A model generated the notes under the pieces. The model made no database searches. It was not told the origin of the DNA and saw only the letters and a list, made by a program, of their open reading frames with translations. The position numbers and the translations under genes were made by a program. Shown piece after piece: positions 60,853 to 64,000 of a stretch of DNA of 64,000 bases. Numbering within the stretch: position 1 is the first letter of the stretch; each line of letters begins with the position of its first letter. Origin of the DNA: Callorhinchus milii (Eukaryota); contig NW_024704743.1 of NCBI RefSeq assembly GCF_018977255.1, forward strand, positions 37,760,001 through 37,824,000, in the 5' to 3' direction.

Positions 60853-62974
60853 TTGTATTGCATTATTGTATTGTTTAGCAATTTCTACCAGAATATAGAA
60901 CCTTACAGAACAGTGCTTTGTTTATGCGAAACGAAGGATGTTATTTGGGAGTCGGTCAATTGTTAAGTGACAGAGACATGTCACTCTCTTGGGACGCGTG
61001 ACAGCAAATCACTGGGAAACAATTAATCTTGCTCAAGATTCATTCAACTAGAATCCCCTCAACCAGAAACAAAATTTACTATTGCTATTGTCTAGCGTGG
61101 TTCCTGGTGATATGATCAAGACATCATTTCACTCATTTATTTTCTTCAATTTAATATTTCCCGCTACCTTCAGAGCACTATTCCTTCAGCTCACATCATA
61201 CACAAGACAAGAGAACGGCAAGCTATTTTAGAGCTTCAATCGAGCAGATTGTACAAATGTCTGGAAATATCTAGTAAGTCATTTAATTCAAATATCATTC
61301 CCTTCATAAAAGCTTTCGTTCTGCACATCTCCCTAATGGCACAGCAGAAAGGCTGAACTGATGCTTGGTGAAAGTCACAAGCACCAGCCCATGTTCTGTC
61401 ACTCCATGGTGCACTGTGCTGCAGATTCAACTCACTGCACCACCAATAATTAATCATTTTCCACCCTCTCCTCAACATAGTGACTCTCACTGGGGTGCAA
61501 TCCTATAGGGGCCAGAAACCCTTCAGGATCTCATTCAATTGACCCATTTGTCACGCTTGAGTCGAGAAAATGTTGAACAGTAGCAATTTATTTGACTATG
61601 GGTGATCACGGCTGAGCCAAATCAGCTCCTTATTCAACACTCGCTCACATAGATACACAAACACAAGGAGACACACACACACACACACACATCTTCTTAC
61701 AAGAGGGCTCAGGAGTGGGAACTTTTGATTTAACTGTGAGAAACTGATTGTTTGAATGTGAGAAACGACGGAGTTGAAATAATGCCTGTTGAAATAACGA
61801 GTTGAAATAATATAAGTTTGTACTTAAATGAATGCAAAGGTGACTTTGGCGTGGTTGGCAATCTACTTATAAAAAGTTGTGTATCACAAAGTCACATTCC
61901 TGCAGCACAACAGCAGAAGCAAGACTGACTGACCTTTTGTTTAGAGAATTTCAAGAATGAAGGCTCACCATGGTTGCATTCATATCCGAAACACAATTTG
62001 TTCTATTCATTAGAAGTGTACGCCAAATATGTCCTATTCCTCCAGCACCACCTGGTGATTAGGGACTTGAATCTTGACACATTGTCCTTTTTAAATATGA
62101 ATCATTATTGATCCAGTTACAGCGTTCTCGCTTTACATGAGGTAAATCGCTTCCTTTGTGGATCTATGTATTGACATGACATTTTAATCTGTTTGACCCA
62201 CCACTTGAAAATGCTAAAACGATGTCTACAAAGTCACTTTTGCAAGTGGTATTTTAAAACATAAAATATGTGCTCCTGATATACAACAGCAAATAGTTCA
62301 TGCAGCTTTGGGCTTCTGTTCAGTGTACAACTAACCAGCACGTTATTTAATTGGCATGGTATTCCTGAAATGTTATTAAAGAAGTGTTGCATTAACAACT
62401 TTCCTGCAATTTATTTTCACTGAATATACTTAACAATCCTGCTTTCATTTGTGCTGTACTGTATCCATGCATGCATTGTGATAGAACAGTGGTATTTTAC
62501 AGTAACCTCCTGAGAACTCATCACTCCAAAAGGGCTCAGCAACTGGTTATCTGGAGTGGCTAGTTAGACAATAGGTCCTCCCGGGCCACAAGTGGGTGCT
62601 GTGACTGGTGCAGGCACTCGGCAGAGGTTGGGCACGCATACTCATATGCATCTCGGAGGCTTCAAGTCTATTGGAGAGCTGCTCAAGTGCTTGAGTACAA
62701 GCCAGGATTGAGTAATCTGGAGTTTACTGTATATCCAGTATCTGTATTGTGATGCAGTAGTGGCAATTGCATTGCATAAAAGTTGTGTGTGAGAGGTAGA
62801 TAATACCAATAGTAGTAATACCAACTACAGGGTCATCAATATATCATACAATCATACATTCAAAACACAACATCATTCTGACGACATTTACTTATTTTTC
62901 TCTTTCGGGTGCTGTGCATTTCCAGCAGGAGATGTAAAATGCAAAGAAAAGATATAGAAAGCTGTCAACTGGAA

Positions 62975-64000
62975 CCAAGACAATGTTAGGGAGCAACTTG
63001 GGGAAATTAATATTAGTAAAGAAATGGTTTTAGGTAAATTGTCAGGTCTTAAAACTGATAAATCCCCTGGACCTGATGGCCGACATCCTAGGGTTTTAAA
63101 AGAGATGGCTACTGAGATAGTGGATGGCTTGTCTTTGATCTTCCAAAATTCTCTGGATTCTGGAATGATTCCCATTGATTGGAAGATTGCAAACCTAACA
63201 CCACTATTTAAGAAGGGTGGGAGAGAAAAGATGGGGAACTATAGACCAGTTAGTCTGACATCAGTGGTTGGGAAAATTCTTGAGTCCTTAATTAAGGATG
63301 TTGTTATGGGATTCCCGGAAGACCATAACAAAATTAGGCAGAGTCAACATGGCTTTACAAAAGGGAAGTCATGCTTAAATAATCTTTTAGAGTTTTTTGA
63401 AGATGTATCTAGCAGGTTAGAGAGGGGGGAACCAGTAGATGTAGTATATTTAGATTTTAAGAAGGCATTTGACAAAGTGCCACACAAAAGGCTATTGCAC
63501 AAGGTTAAGGCCCACGGGATTAATGGGAACATATTAGCATGGATTGAAGAGTGGCTAACGGGTAGAAAACAGAGAGTAGGGATAAACGGGTCATTCTCGA
63601 ATTGGCAGGATGTGACTAGTGGAGTGCCACAAGGATCAGTGCTTGGGCCTCAGCTATTTACAATTTACATCAATGATCTAGACGAGGACATTGAATGTAA
63701 CGTATCTAAATTCGCAGATGACACTAAACTAGGTGGGAGAGTAAGCTCTGAGGATGATGCAGAAAGATTGCAACGGGATATAGATAGGCGAGGGGAGTGG
63801 GCGAGTAGGTGGCAGATGGAATTTAATGTGGGGAAGTGTGAAGTTATTCACCTAGGTAGCAAAAATAGAAAAACAGATTATTTTCTAGATGGGGAAAGAT
63901 TAGATAGTGTTAGTGTTCAGAGGGATTTGGGTGTCCTTGTACACCAGTCTCAAAAAGTTAGTTTGCAGGTGCAGCAAGCAACTAAGAAGGCGAACGGCAT
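62975..64000 (+). mobile_element. CR1 LINE ORF2 (reverse transcriptase), 5'-truncated, continues past the window end
   Basis: Hand translation from 62982 is open to the edge: KSPGPDG.HPRVLKE, NYRPVSLTSVVGK, QHGFTKGKSCL, YLDFKKAFDKVPH, SGVPQGSVLGP, KFADDTKL. Confidence 0.95.

Noticed and set aside
62642..62716. Possible further NEK11 exon (YSILACTQALEQLSNRLEASEMHM, A|GTATGC)
   Set aside because: The phase would fit, but the acceptor is weak and I see no similarity to the NEK11 sequence I recall. It needs RNA evidence.

Overview
Vertebrate nuclear DNA. It is AT-rich and dominated by L2 and CR1 LINEs and tRNA-headed Deu-domain SINEs, a repeat landscape typical of cartilaginous fishes, possibly a holocephalan (taxon is inference). 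The only protein-coding gene I can support is the 3' end of NEK11 on the minus strand. Four coding exons (49487-49354, 46465-46405, 41368-41272, 26875-26668) join in compatible phases to give ...EIPEDPTAAEEYY...YEQ|DTDVEALVRCMEDVLESDSL|DSDTV...AQTKMKRMRE|SAIQ...SDCFEVDQLLYFEEQL...*. One junction apparently uses a GC donor. The kinase exons lie beyond the right edge. Positions 1-26 kb are 3' flank or intergenic. Items worth follow-up: (1) an unclassified dispersed repeat family ('family X', 7 loci) with a conserved hairpin and an A/T-run terminus that has also been amplified into a tandem array; (2) a 23-nt flank sequence of one L2 copy found inside another L2 32 kb away; (3) a palindrome-rich non-autonomous hAT element with an 8-bp TSD; (4) SINE tails that match the tail of the young L2. 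I see no evidence for a novel protein-coding system, CRISPR, or real tRNA/rRNA genes. Exon, TIR and TSD coordinates were counted by hand; repeat boundaries are approximate.
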